The position numbers and the translations under genes are program-made. The notes below the pieces were generated by a model. That model saw only the letters and a program-made list of their open reading frames with translations, had not been told where the DNA came from and did no database searches. Shown piece by piece: positions 17,050 through 25,042 of a DNA stretch of 32,000 nucleotides. This stretch comes from Candidatus Thalassarchaeaceae archaeon (lineage in GTDB: Archaea > Thermoplasmatota > Poseidoniia > Poseidoniales > Thalassarchaeaceae), in the NCBI GenBank assembly GCA_045568075.1, contig JBJLBP010000001.1, positions 1,560,001 to 1,592,000 of the forward strand. Reading direction: 5' to 3'. Positions within the stretch are counted from its first letter, which is position 1; the number at the start of each line of letters is the position of its first letter.

Positions 17050-17442
17050 TCAAAAGGTAACCTGGAAAGCAGCCTCGCAAGCCGGACAATTCAACTGACG
17101 CTTCCCTGGTTTAGGTCGAATCCTCAGCGTCCGCTCGCAGCCTGGACAATCAATCTCAGCCTTCACCACTTTCTCTGTCAGTACGAACCCTCCGGAGCAG
17201 GCTCCACAAGTGAGGTCAATCGGTCGCTCGTCCGTTCCCGCAACAAGAATCGTGTGACAGTGCGGACAAGGGACTTTTTCTTCTATGAGAGCGTCGATTG
17301 TTGGTTCATGACTTACTTTGCAAATAGCGCCGCAGACTTCGCATTCTCGCTCGCCGAGTCCGGGTGGTAACATGTGCTCGCAGTGAGCGCATTCGGCGAG
17401 CGGTGGCGCGTGCTTCGACTCGACCTCGACTCTGTCCGTCAC
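17050..17442 (-). CDS. triple zinc-ribbon protein (six CxxC pairs)
   Basis: 130 aa. CAHC..CEVC, CPHC..CGAC and CPGC..CPAC. The last module (LNCPACEAAFQVTF) resembles MJ0042-type zinc ribbons. It lies 25 nt downstream of the ATPase stop on the same strand. Confidence 0.65.
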   Translation of the reverse strand: MTDRVEVESKHAPPLAECAHCEHMLPPGLGERECEVCGAICKVSHEPTIDALIEEKVPCPHCHTILVAGTDERPIDLTCGACSGGFVLTEKVVKAEIDCPGCERTLRIRPKPGKRQLNCPACEAAFQVTF

Positions 17443-17467
17443 GCGCCTCGCTCCTCGTTTCGGTTAA

Positions 17468-20317
17468 TCAAGCGGTCGATGGTGGGCTCCCTCCACCACC
17501 GGAAAAGAGCACTCCGAAGGCCTCACGGATATCGCGTACCAAGCCCTTCCCAAGGTCCGTTATAACGCCAATTCTTCCCCCTGCGCCTGCGACGAACATA
17601 CCGTTGAGAATGATCAGGAAAACGCTTGCCTCGTGGATTGCGATTCCTGCCGCTATGCTTGTGTTGATGCCTGCGAGAGCCGTGACTATGAGCAGAACTG
17701 TGACTCCGACCGACACTGCGATATTCGCGTTGACAATCGCTCTCGTTCGCTTCGAGAGCTGGATTAGATTTGCTAATGCTCTCGGGTCTTCGCCAGGGAT
17801 TAGGACATCGGCAGCATCGAGATTGACTTGCTCTCCACTGCCGACGGCGACTCCGATGTCAGCTGCTGCTAATGCTCCGGAGTCGTTGAAACCGTCTCCA
17901 GCCATGAGTGTCCGACTGATTTTTGCTCGCTCGGCCACCCATGACGCCTTTCCTTCGGGATCGACGTTTCCTCTGCAGATTGTTGGGTCGATGCCGAGCC
18001 GCTTCGCGAAAGCCTCCACCGAGGCCTGCTCGTCGCCACTGAGAATTTCGACGCTGATGCCTTGCTGCTGGAGTTTGTCGACCATTTCCTGTACGCCTTC
18101 GCGCGCGTCATCGTGTGCGAAGGTGAATGCGGCGACGGCCTCGCCGTCTATCGCTAGAACGCTGGCTCCGTAGCCAGCGTGACGGCTATCGGCGAGGGCT
18201 GCATCGATATCGTAGGGAATCTTGACGCCCTCGCCCATCAGCCAATCGGCTCGTCCGAGCATCAGCGGAAGTCCGCGCATCGAGCCGCGAACTCCGGCAT
18301 CGCCATCTTCGATTTCTGTTACTTGAGTGACGGCCTTGCTGCGCTCGGCCGATGCTTCGATCAGAGTTTTCGCATACGGGTGATTACTGCGCTGCTCGAG
18401 TCCTGCTGCAATCCGCAGCGCACTCTCCTCAGTTTCGTCTCCGGCCACGGCGATTGCCACCAATCGTGGCCGGCCACTAGTCAGTGTCCCAGTCTTGTCG
18501 AGCAAAGCCAGTTGGATTCCTGCAGCGGCTTCGATAACATCGCCGCCTCTAGCTACCAAGCCGCTGGCAGAAGCGGTTGAGAGCGCCGTTGCATGAGGCA
18601 CCGGCGCGGCGAGAAGTAGTGAGCAGGGGCATGAAACGACCCACAGAACCAGCATGCCGACGATATCGCCGGTAGCCGCGCCGTAAATCGCTGAGCCGAC
18701 CAAAACCAGTGGAACCCAGATCGCGGTGAAGCGCTCAATAATTGTCTGAGTGCGAGTTGGTTGCTCACGGTAGCGACGAACCAACTCGATTAAATCCGCG
18801 AGGCGGGTATTCTCACCAGTTGCTTCTGCTTTGAGATGTATAGGCCCGCGTGTGAGAGTCAGTCCCGCCTCGACAAAAGAGCCGGAGGCAACAGAGACTG
18901 GCATTGGCTCGCCAGTCAGAGGTGCGCGGTCAATCGCCCCCGAACCATCGACAATCGTCCCATCAACTGGCACAACCTCTCCAGAGCGCACCTCAACCAC
19001 ATCACCTGGCTCCAAAGCAGCAACCGGAGTCCACTCATCATCACATGGATTCTCAACCTCAGGTTGAGAGTGATTATGTCCAGAATCACCAGTAGCAGTC
19101 TTGCTCGAAATAATCAGCCGCGCTCGTCTTGGCAATCGATCCAATCCGCCTTGCATCGACTCGCGCGCACGAACCAGCGCACTCTCCTCCATATGAGCGG
19201 CCAAAGCGACCAAACCAGTGACCACCAAAGCCTCGGGCCATTCCTTGAGATATAGTGCACCCAAAACAGCCAGTGAAGTCAGAACTTGGAAACCAAGAAC
19301 GCGATTTTGAATACTTGCAATCGCAGATTGAAACATTGGTAATCCAGCGAATAAAATACCGATTCCTGTCACTGCTGCGGCTACCGACCAATGCAAATCC
19401 ATCTGTTCGATAATGAAAACTGCGGCAAGCAATGGAATCGTCAAGACTGCGCCCAATAATTGCACTTGATCAGGGCGCAGTCGGTCATTTTTCGACTCGC
19501 CAAGAGTGTATTCACCGAGAATACGTCGAAGTCCTTCATCAGTCATTTCTGTCACTTTCGGAGAGTAGGTTGGAGCCCGTTGAATCTCAATCCGACCGTC
19601 ATCCAAATTGATGTTGAGAATACCAGGGACGTCGAGCAAAGCGTTGCGAAGACCCTTGCGATTGATGCCCAATCTTCGAGCAACTTCGCCTGAGGTTTTT
19701 CCTTGGACGAGACGCCATTCGACCTCCGGAGAGTTACCCAGACTCTCGAGAACCGAAGAAACACGAGATACGCGCCCACGTGCAACGTCAAGTTCGATTC
19801 GAACACTTCCTTCGGTAGCGGATACCACCACCTCATCGATACCGGGTAAACGGGTGACTGCTCGAGTTGCCTTCATCGCGCAGTCAGGACAATCCATGCC
19901 TCGCAGCGGCCATTCGAAGCGCTCGACACCGTCGACGACGAGTTCAGGCACGAAAACCGCTTCAGAATCCGAGCTGGGTCCCGCAATCGGAGTGACCTGC
20001 TCCATGGATCCATCATCAAGAATCAATTCGTCAACTGGTGCAGCCGCAGCAGCACGTTTCTCGCGCGAGGAAGCGATACGAGAGCGAATTCCGTCGACAC
20101 CTCCGGAAAGGGCCCCTCGTAGACTGGAGAGAAGCCCGCCTCGCGAATCGTTTGGGTCAGAATTTGACTTCGTAGAGGCGAGACGCGACTCAGGCTTTGC
20201 CTGAGTCGAAGTATCATCCTCATCATCAAGGATCAGAAAATCCTCGTCGCTCACGCCTAACGGACAGGAGGGGGCCACATGAATCTGCGGCTTAGCCGGC
20301 GCTGGGAATGATGACAA
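17468..20317 (-). CDS. heavy-metal-translocating P1B-type ATPase
   Basis: 949 aa. HMA domain with GMDCPDCAMK, TGEP, TM CPC motif (VSCPCSLLLAAP), phosphorylation site DKTGTLT, HP (SNHPYAK) and hinge GDGFNDSGALAAADIGVAVG. The start is uncertain: the track uses TTG 20317 and the first ATG is codon 105. Confidence 0.9.
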   Translation of the reverse strand: MSSFPAPAKPQIHVAPSCPLGVSDEDFLILDDEDDTSTQAKPESRLASTKSNSDPNDSRGGLLSSLRGALSGGVDGIRSRIASSREKRAAAAAPVDELILDDGSMEQVTPIAGPSSDSEAVFVPELVVDGVERFEWPLRGMDCPDCAMKATRAVTRLPGIDEVVVSATEGSVRIELDVARGRVSRVSSVLESLGNSPEVEWRLVQGKTSGEVARRLGINRKGLRNALLDVPGILNINLDDGRIEIQRAPTYSPKVTEMTDEGLRRILGEYTLGESKNDRLRPDQVQLLGAVLTIPLLAAVFIIEQMDLHWSVAAAVTGIGILFAGLPMFQSAIASIQNRVLGFQVLTSLAVLGALYLKEWPEALVVTGLVALAAHMEESALVRARESMQGGLDRLPRRARLIISSKTATGDSGHNHSQPEVENPCDDEWTPVAALEPGDVVEVRSGEVVPVDGTIVDGSGAIDRAPLTGEPMPVSVASGSFVEAGLTLTRGPIHLKAEATGENTRLADLIELVRRYREQPTRTQTIIERFTAIWVPLVLVGSAIYGAATGDIVGMLVLWVVSCPCSLLLAAPVPHATALSTASASGLVARGGDVIEAAAGIQLALLDKTGTLTSGRPRLVAIAVAGDETEESALRIAAGLEQRSNHPYAKTLIEASAERSKAVTQVTEIEDGDAGVRGSMRGLPLMLGRADWLMGEGVKIPYDIDAALADSRHAGYGASVLAIDGEAVAAFTFAHDDAREGVQEMVDKLQQQGISVEILSGDEQASVEAFAKRLGIDPTICRGNVDPEGKASWVAERAKISRTLMAGDGFNDSGALAAADIGVAVGSGEQVNLDAADVLIPGEDPRALANLIQLSKRTRAIVNANIAVSVGVTVLLIVTALAGINTSIAAGIAIHEASVFLIILNGMFVAGAGGRIGVITDLGKGLVRDIREAFGVLFSGGGGSPPSTA

Positions 20318-20402
20318 AGAGAGAGTAATCGATGCGGCTGACTGTTAACCGAAAGGGGAGGTACTTTGGGATTCTTGAATCTCAAGCAATTTTTCCAAGC
20401 GG

Positions 20403-20645
20403 TTGAAATACCCTGAGTTTACCGGAACACCATGTTGCGTTGATTCTAATTTGATCATGGAAAGAATAAACGACGATATGCTAGACTTGCTAGTTAGGTG
20501 CCTTCAAGCATGGCTAACTTGGCTAGAAAAAGACAAAGAATGTACTGAAGCAGAACTAGATGAGAAAAAGTGGCGTGCTGAGAACGCGGCTTGGTCTCTG
20601 AATGAGTTGACCTACAACTGGGAGTTCACCGAGAAGTGGGAATGA
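20403..20645 (+). CDS. small hypothetical protein (Trp-rich, helical)
   Basis: The track ORF starts at a TTG. ATG 20457 would give 62 aa (MERINDDMLDLLVRCLQAWLTWLEKDKE...). No recognisable motif. It ends 3 nt from the tRNA 3' end. Confidence 0.3.
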   Translation: MKYPEFTGTPCCVDSNLIMERINDDMLDLLVRCLQAWLTWLEKDKECTEAELDEKKWRAENAAWSLNELTYNWEFTEKWE

Positions 20646-20647
20646 GT

Positions 20648-20732
20648 TGGTGCAGGTGGCAGGATTCGAACCTGCGAAGCACTACGCAGAGGATCTTGAG
20701 TCCTCCCCCTTTGACCACTCGGGTACACCTGC
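20648..20732 (-). tRNA. tRNA-Leu (anticodon CAA), CCA encoded
   Basis: Manual cloverleaf. Acceptor GCAGGTG/CACCTGC. Anticodon stem GAGGA/TCCTC with loop CTCAAGA. Long variable arm (class II). T arm GCAGG-TTCGAAT-CCTGC. Discriminator A followed by genomic CCA (20648-20650). Confidence 0.9.
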
Positions 20733-20923
20733 AAGATACGCGAGCCGCGAATCCCTCTTGATTCCAGCGGCTCAAACCCCACTCATCTGTAACCAAGCAG
20801 GGAACTAGACGGAATGTTTGATGTAGCGCCCGCGAAGGAACCGCTATTGGACGCTCGGAGGAGTAGGAGTCAACGCGCATTAAGACAGGCAATTAACGCG
20901 CATTAGGAAGAGGTGGGAAAAGC

Positions 20924-21832
20924 ATGAGGTTGAGCAAAAACCAACTCCAGGCGGTCGAGAAAGCGCTCTTTGAAGTCGCCCGAAAACAGAAATCTTCGTC
21001 CAGACCTGTTGAACTCCCTATACCCGATTTCTGGGCCTCAGTGGGGCAATTAACCTCATTTCTTGAGTCTGAACTTGCAGAGACTGTTCGATCCGAAGGG
21101 ATGACTGCGAAAGCGCAGATGCATACCCGTAGGCTCGGTAATGTCCGAACTTTGGTGACAGACCTAACACGAATTCGATTGAATGCCTTCACTCAGCACG
21201 CAGTGCTGGTGAATCTGATGCGAGGTGGTGGAGCCGAGGCGGCCGCTGCTGTGCAGCATCTGAGTGTGATTGATTGGGAGCGGCACGATCCAAGTGAACG
21301 CGCTTACTATCAGAGCCTCGGTCATCTTGTTGACAAGTACAAGCATGATGTTGCTTGGAAACAATTAGTGAATGGAAATAATGGTGGCAATGGCCACGGT
21401 CTGCCTTTTACAAGCCCGGGCCCGAATGCTTCACTTAGCGAATTTTCTGAGCCGGCTGCTGCAACACCCGAAGTTGCTACTATGCCAGCTGTGGAACCTT
21501 CACCGACAGCACCACCAACTGCGGCTCCTGCCTCCGATTCTCACGATTCTTGGGAAGACCCCGATTTCGATGAGGAGGACCGCATTCGTGCGATGGATGC
21601 CTTTCCTGACCGCGCGACCGGAGTCGACCCTCATCCACCAACTGAGATTAGTGTCGTTGAAACGCTTGGCGGCGACCTGATGAGGATTCGAATCCTGCAG
21701 GATTTGTCCGACCCAATCATCGGCGAGGATGGTTCGGAGATGAACCTCGCCGAGGGCGATGTCGAGTCCTGTCCAAGCCTAATCGCAGAGACACTCATCG
21801 CCGCTGGACTCGCTGTCGCAGCCCCGCTGTGA
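20924..21832 (+). CDS. GINS subunit, Gins51(Gins15)-like, with long low-complexity linker
   Basis: The N-terminal helical A-domain pattern (SSSRPVELPIPDFWASVGQLTSFLESEL ... LGNVRTLVTDLTRIRLNAFTQHAV) and C-terminal B-domain pattern (LMRIRILQDLSDPIIGEDGSEMNLAEGDVESCPSLIAETLIAAGLA) resemble archaeal Gins51 as I recall it. SD GAGGTGG lies upstream. Confidence 0.55.
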   Translation: MRLSKNQLQAVEKALFEVARKQKSSSRPVELPIPDFWASVGQLTSFLESELAETVRSEGMTAKAQMHTRRLGNVRTLVTDLTRIRLNAFTQHAVLVNLMRGGGAEAAAAVQHLSVIDWERHDPSERAYYQSLGHLVDKYKHDVAWKQLVNGNNGGNGHGLPFTSPGPNASLSEFSEPAAATPEVATMPAVEPSPTAPPTAAPASDSHDSWEDPDFDEEDRIRAMDAFPDRATGVDPHPPTEISVVETLGGDLMRIRILQDLSDPIIGEDGSEMNLAEGDVESCPSLIAETLIAAGLAVAAPL

Positions 21833-21931
21833 ACGTAAAACGGCATTTTCTCCTGTGAATTCAGTTCCCAAACTGAGCGCGCCAATGATTATCCGGCGCC
21901 GGACTACGATGCTTGACCTGCGGTGGAGAAC

Positions 21932-23278
21932 ATGGGCAAGACGGTCACAAAGAAACAACTCAAGGAAATGCGACGAACTTTCGCAGCTGACAGTTCAGCG
22001 AAGATGGCACAGAATGCGGTCGCGAATAACGATCTACTCGATGTCGCACTCGATCGCGCCATGGTGCAAGACATCGATTTCTCCTTCTCGATAAAGCTCG
22101 ACAAGTGGAGGGTCACCAATCAGCGACGTAGTGGACGGTGCTGGCTTTTCGCCACTCTCAATCTATTCCGCCCGAGTACGATGGCCAAACTGAATGTCAA
22201 GAATTTTGAGTTCAGCCAATCGCATATCCACTTCTGGGACAAATTCGAGCGAGCCAATCATTTCTATGAGGCGATAATCGATACTGCTGATCGTCCCGTC
22301 GATGATCGCACAATCGGCTTCCTGCTAGGCGATCCAATAGGTGATGGCGGGCAGTGGAATATGGCGATGAATCTCATCCGCAAGCACGGACTAGTCCCTA
22401 AGTCGGCTTACCCTGAATCGAAGTCATCATCCAACACTCGCTGGATGAATGCCAACCTGAAGGATATCTTGCGCAGTGGGGCAAGCGAAATTCGCGCAAT
22501 ACTCGAGGCCGGCGGTTCAGCCGCCGAGGCTCGTGCTCACAAAGAATCCCGGCTCGCCGACATCTGGCGAATCCTCTGCATCCATCTGGGCACCCCGCCC
22601 GAGAAGTTCGATTGGCAGTGGGAAGATAAGGATGGCAAGTTCCATCGAAGAGGGAAAATTACCCCTCAGGAATTCGCGGCCGAGTACGTCGAAATCGATT
22701 GGGAAGATTATGTCTGTATCGTCAACGACCCGCGCAACGAATACTACCGTACATACACAGTCGACTACCTCCAAAACGTCGCCGGCGGGCCTCCTGTTGT
22801 GTATCTGAATGTCCCGAGCAGCGAGATGAAAGGCGTCACTCAGAAGCTGCTCGAGGATGGACTTCCAGTTTGGATGGGTTGCGATGTTGGTAAGCAGATG
22901 CACAGGAAGCGTGGTCTGTGGGATGCAAAACTGTTCGACTTTGGAGCACTTTACGGGGCTGAATTTGGTATGGACAAGGCTGACAGGCTTCGCTTCGGCC
23001 AGACGATGATGACACATGCGATGTTGTTCACTGGCGTCGATGTTGTGGATGGTAAGCCTCGACGCTGGAGGGTTGAGAATTCCTGGGGAGACAAGGAGTC
23101 TGGCCGCAAAGGATACTACACGATGAATGACTCATGGTATGACGAATACATGTTTGAAATTGCATGTCCGAGTGATTACCTCAGCGATGAGATGAGCGAG
23201 GGATTGGAAACCGAACCCATCGTTCTGCCAGCATGGGACCCAATGGGTTCGTTGGCGCGCGATGAAGCGCTTTCCTGA
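21932..23278 (+). CDS. pepC: aminopeptidase C / bleomycin-hydrolase-like cysteine peptidase (C1B)
   Basis: Catalytic Cys NQRRSGRCWLFA, His HAMLFTGVD and Asn VENSWG. SD GGTGGAG precedes ATG 21932 (track start GTG 21923). Confidence 0.88.
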   Translation: MGKTVTKKQLKEMRRTFAADSSAKMAQNAVANNDLLDVALDRAMVQDIDFSFSIKLDKWRVTNQRRSGRCWLFATLNLFRPSTMAKLNVKNFEFSQSHIHFWDKFERANHFYEAIIDTADRPVDDRTIGFLLGDPIGDGGQWNMAMNLIRKHGLVPKSAYPESKSSSNTRWMNANLKDILRSGASEIRAILEAGGSAAEARAHKESRLADIWRILCIHLGTPPEKFDWQWEDKDGKFHRRGKITPQEFAAEYVEIDWEDYVCIVNDPRNEYYRTYTVDYLQNVAGGPPVVYLNVPSSEMKGVTQKLLEDGLPVWMGCDVGKQMHRKRGLWDAKLFDFGALYGAEFGMDKADRLRFGQTMMTHAMLFTGVDVVDGKPRRWRVENSWGDKESGRKGYYTMNDSWYDEYMFEIACPSDYLSDEMSEGLETEPIVLPAWDPMGSLARDEALS

Positions 23279-23283
23279 CTAGA

Positions 23284-23613
23284 TCATCCAAGATGTCGTA
23301 GTGACAGTTCGATGGTCACGGAGTCTGGATAGTCGATTCGAAGGACGCGGCGAAGAGCTTTTTCGTCCTTCGCTGCACTTGTTACGAGTTCCAAGAGTCT
23401 CTTGTGAACGCGCATCTCCCAGTGATCCCAGGTTTCAGCACCCTCGCCGTCCGGGCTCTTGCGGCACGGAACTACGAGGCGGCGAGTTGGAAGTGGGATT
23501 GGACCACGAAGGTCTACTCCAGTTTCGTCACAAATCGCCTTGATCTGCGAACAGACCATGTCGACATCCTGATGGTTCTCACCAGTCAGCTTGATCTTAG
23601 TAATTACAGGCAT
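23284..23613 (-). CDS. rps10: 30S ribosomal protein S10
   Basis: 109 aa. IKLTGENHQDVDMVCSQIKAICDETGVDLRGPIPLPTRRLVVPCRKSPDGEG. It sits immediately downstream of tuf, as in the conserved archaeal pair. Confidence 0.93.
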   Translation of the reverse strand: MPVITKIKLTGENHQDVDMVCSQIKAICDETGVDLRGPIPLPTRRLVVPCRKSPDGEGAETWDHWEMRVHKRLLELVTSAAKDEKALRRVLRIDYPDSVTIELSLRHLG

Positions 23614-23649
23614 TTCACTCGCTCCGAGTCTTCCGCCTTCTTACCGAGT

Positions 23650-24933
23650 TCACTTCTTCTCGATCTTGATACAAACGCCAGCTGCAACGGTCTTACCCAT
23701 GTCGCGGATAGCGAAGCGGCAGAGTTCAGGGAAGGTGTCCATCTGCTCAATAGCCATTGGCTTGGTTGGAGCGAAGCGAATCAACGCAGCGTCACCAGTC
23801 TTGAGGAACGGGGGGTTTGCTTCCTTGGTCTTCGAGTTCTCGAGCAAATCGACGAATCGAACTGCTACCTGAGAGGTGTGAGCGTGGAACACAGGAGTGT
23901 ATCCAGCGCCGATCGCCTTCGGGATGTCCATGAGTTGAATCTGCCCGACGAAGGTTTCGTCGTGGCGCACGTATGCTGGTGCATTGTCTGAGTATCCAGC
24001 GACGTCACCACGGCGGATGTCAGTCGCAGCGAGGCCACGGACGTTGAATCCGACGTTGTCGCCTGGCTCGGCCTTGGCGACATTGGTGTGGTGCATCTCG
24101 ATACTCTTGACTTCAGCAGATTGCTCACTTGGGTTGAAGACAACAGTCTTACCAGCGTGTAGAACACCAGTCTCGATCTTGCCAACAGGCACAGTTCCAA
24201 TTCCGCCGATCTTGTAGACGTCCTGAATCGGCAAGCGGAGAGGCTTGTCGACCGGCTTTGCTGGCATCTGGATGCCATCGATTGCCTCGAACAGGGTCTG
24301 ACCCTTGTACCACTTCATGTTGTCAGACTTGTTGTAGAGGTTCTCACCGTTGAAGGAGGAACAAGGAATCTTTGGAACGTCGGCTGGATTGAATCCTGCA
24401 ATCTTCAGAAGATTGTCAACCTCAGTGCAAACTGTGTTGTACTTGTCTTCCGAGTAGTCGACACCGCTGATGTCCATCTTGTTGACGTTGACAATCAGTT
24501 GCTTGACTCCCAGAACCTTTGCGAGGAAAGCGTGCTCGCGCGTCTGCGCGTTAACGCCGTCGTTAGCTGCGCACAGAAGAACTGCGGCGTCAGCCTGGCT
24601 GGTTCCAGTAATCATGTTCTTCACGAAGTCACGGTGCCCAGGAGCATCGATGATTGTGAAGTAATAATTAGGTGTGAAAAGCTCCTTGTGCGCAACATCG
24701 ATTGTGATTCCGCGCTCGCGCTCTTCCTTCAGTCCATCCATGACGTAAGCAAGACCGAATCCAGCCTTACCAGCCTCAGATGCTAGTTGTTCGTTCTTGT
24801 CAATGACGTGCTGCTCGATATGACCTGTGTCGAGGAGGAGACGTCCTACGGTTGTTGACTTACCGTGATCGACGTGTCCAATAAACACGATATTAAGGTG
24901 CGGCTTGCTTTTATCTTCCCACTGTGAACCCAT
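23650..24933 (-). CDS. tuf: translation elongation factor aEF-1alpha
   Basis: KPHLNIVFIGHVDHGKSTTVGRLL, DAPGHRDF and NKMD. About 427 aa from ATG 24933 (the track opens at TTG 24942). Confidence 0.95.
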   Translation of the reverse strand: MGSQWEDKSKPHLNIVFIGHVDHGKSTTVGRLLLDTGHIEQHVIDKNEQLASEAGKAGFGLAYVMDGLKEERERGITIDVAHKELFTPNYYFTIIDAPGHRDFVKNMITGTSQADAAVLLCAANDGVNAQTREHAFLAKVLGVKQLIVNVNKMDISGVDYSEDKYNTVCTEVDNLLKIAGFNPADVPKIPCSSFNGENLYNKSDNMKWYKGQTLFEAIDGIQMPAKPVDKPLRLPIQDVYKIGGIGTVPVGKIETGVLHAGKTVVFNPSEQSAEVKSIEMHHTNVAKAEPGDNVGFNVRGLAATDIRRGDVAGYSDNAPAYVRHDETFVGQIQLMDIPKAIGAGYTPVFHAHTSQVAVRFVDLLENSKTKEANPPFLKTGDAALIRFAPTKPMAIEQMDTFPELCRFAIRDMGKTVAAGVCIKIEKK

Positions 24934-25042
24934 GATAATCAACTCTAAGTGTGCCCCGCCGACCGATGATGCCTTTATGAATCTCTCCCCATAGGGGAGG
25001 CCTTAATGAGTTCAGTAAGGGAGGTTCGTTTAGCGGCGCAGT

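Noticed and set aside
17364-18173. Long antisense ORFs opposite strongly supported genes. Examples: 17364-18173 (+) and 19608-20204 (+) against the ATPase; 16363-16926 (+) against the coiled-coil gene; 27804-28349 (+) against polB; 9468-10061 (-) against the YczE-like gene; 14054-14461 (+) against the wHTH gene.
   Set aside because: Their translations are low-complexity (Arg/Ser/Pro/Ala-rich) with no motifs. The opposite strand carries unmistakable family motifs. Such shadow ORFs are expected from codon bias in GC-rich or GAG/CTC-rich genes.
10252-20732. Idea that parA through tRNA-Leu is an integrated plasmid or ICE-like element, given the tRNA 3' end boundary, a metal-resistance pump, parA and a low-GC block.
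   Set aside because: No integrase, relaxase, replication initiator or direct repeat of the tRNA 3' end was found in the window. GC content is heterogeneous within the interval (ATPase about 60%, surface genes about 35%). This argues against a single element.
20626-20892. 88-aa minus-strand ORF spanning the tRNA-Leu gene and its upstream region.
   Set aside because: It overlaps a well-formed tRNA cloverleaf and its translation is not protein-like. It is an artefact of ORF calling.
21684-21695. GGATTCGAATCC palindrome resembling a tRNA T-arm, considered as a possible att-site duplicate of the tRNA-Leu 3' end.
   Set aside because: It differs from the tRNA T-arm (GGTTCGAATCCTGC context) and lies inside the conserved B-domain coding sequence of the Gins51-like gene (MRIRILQD). 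No flanking identity to the tRNA extends beyond the palindrome.
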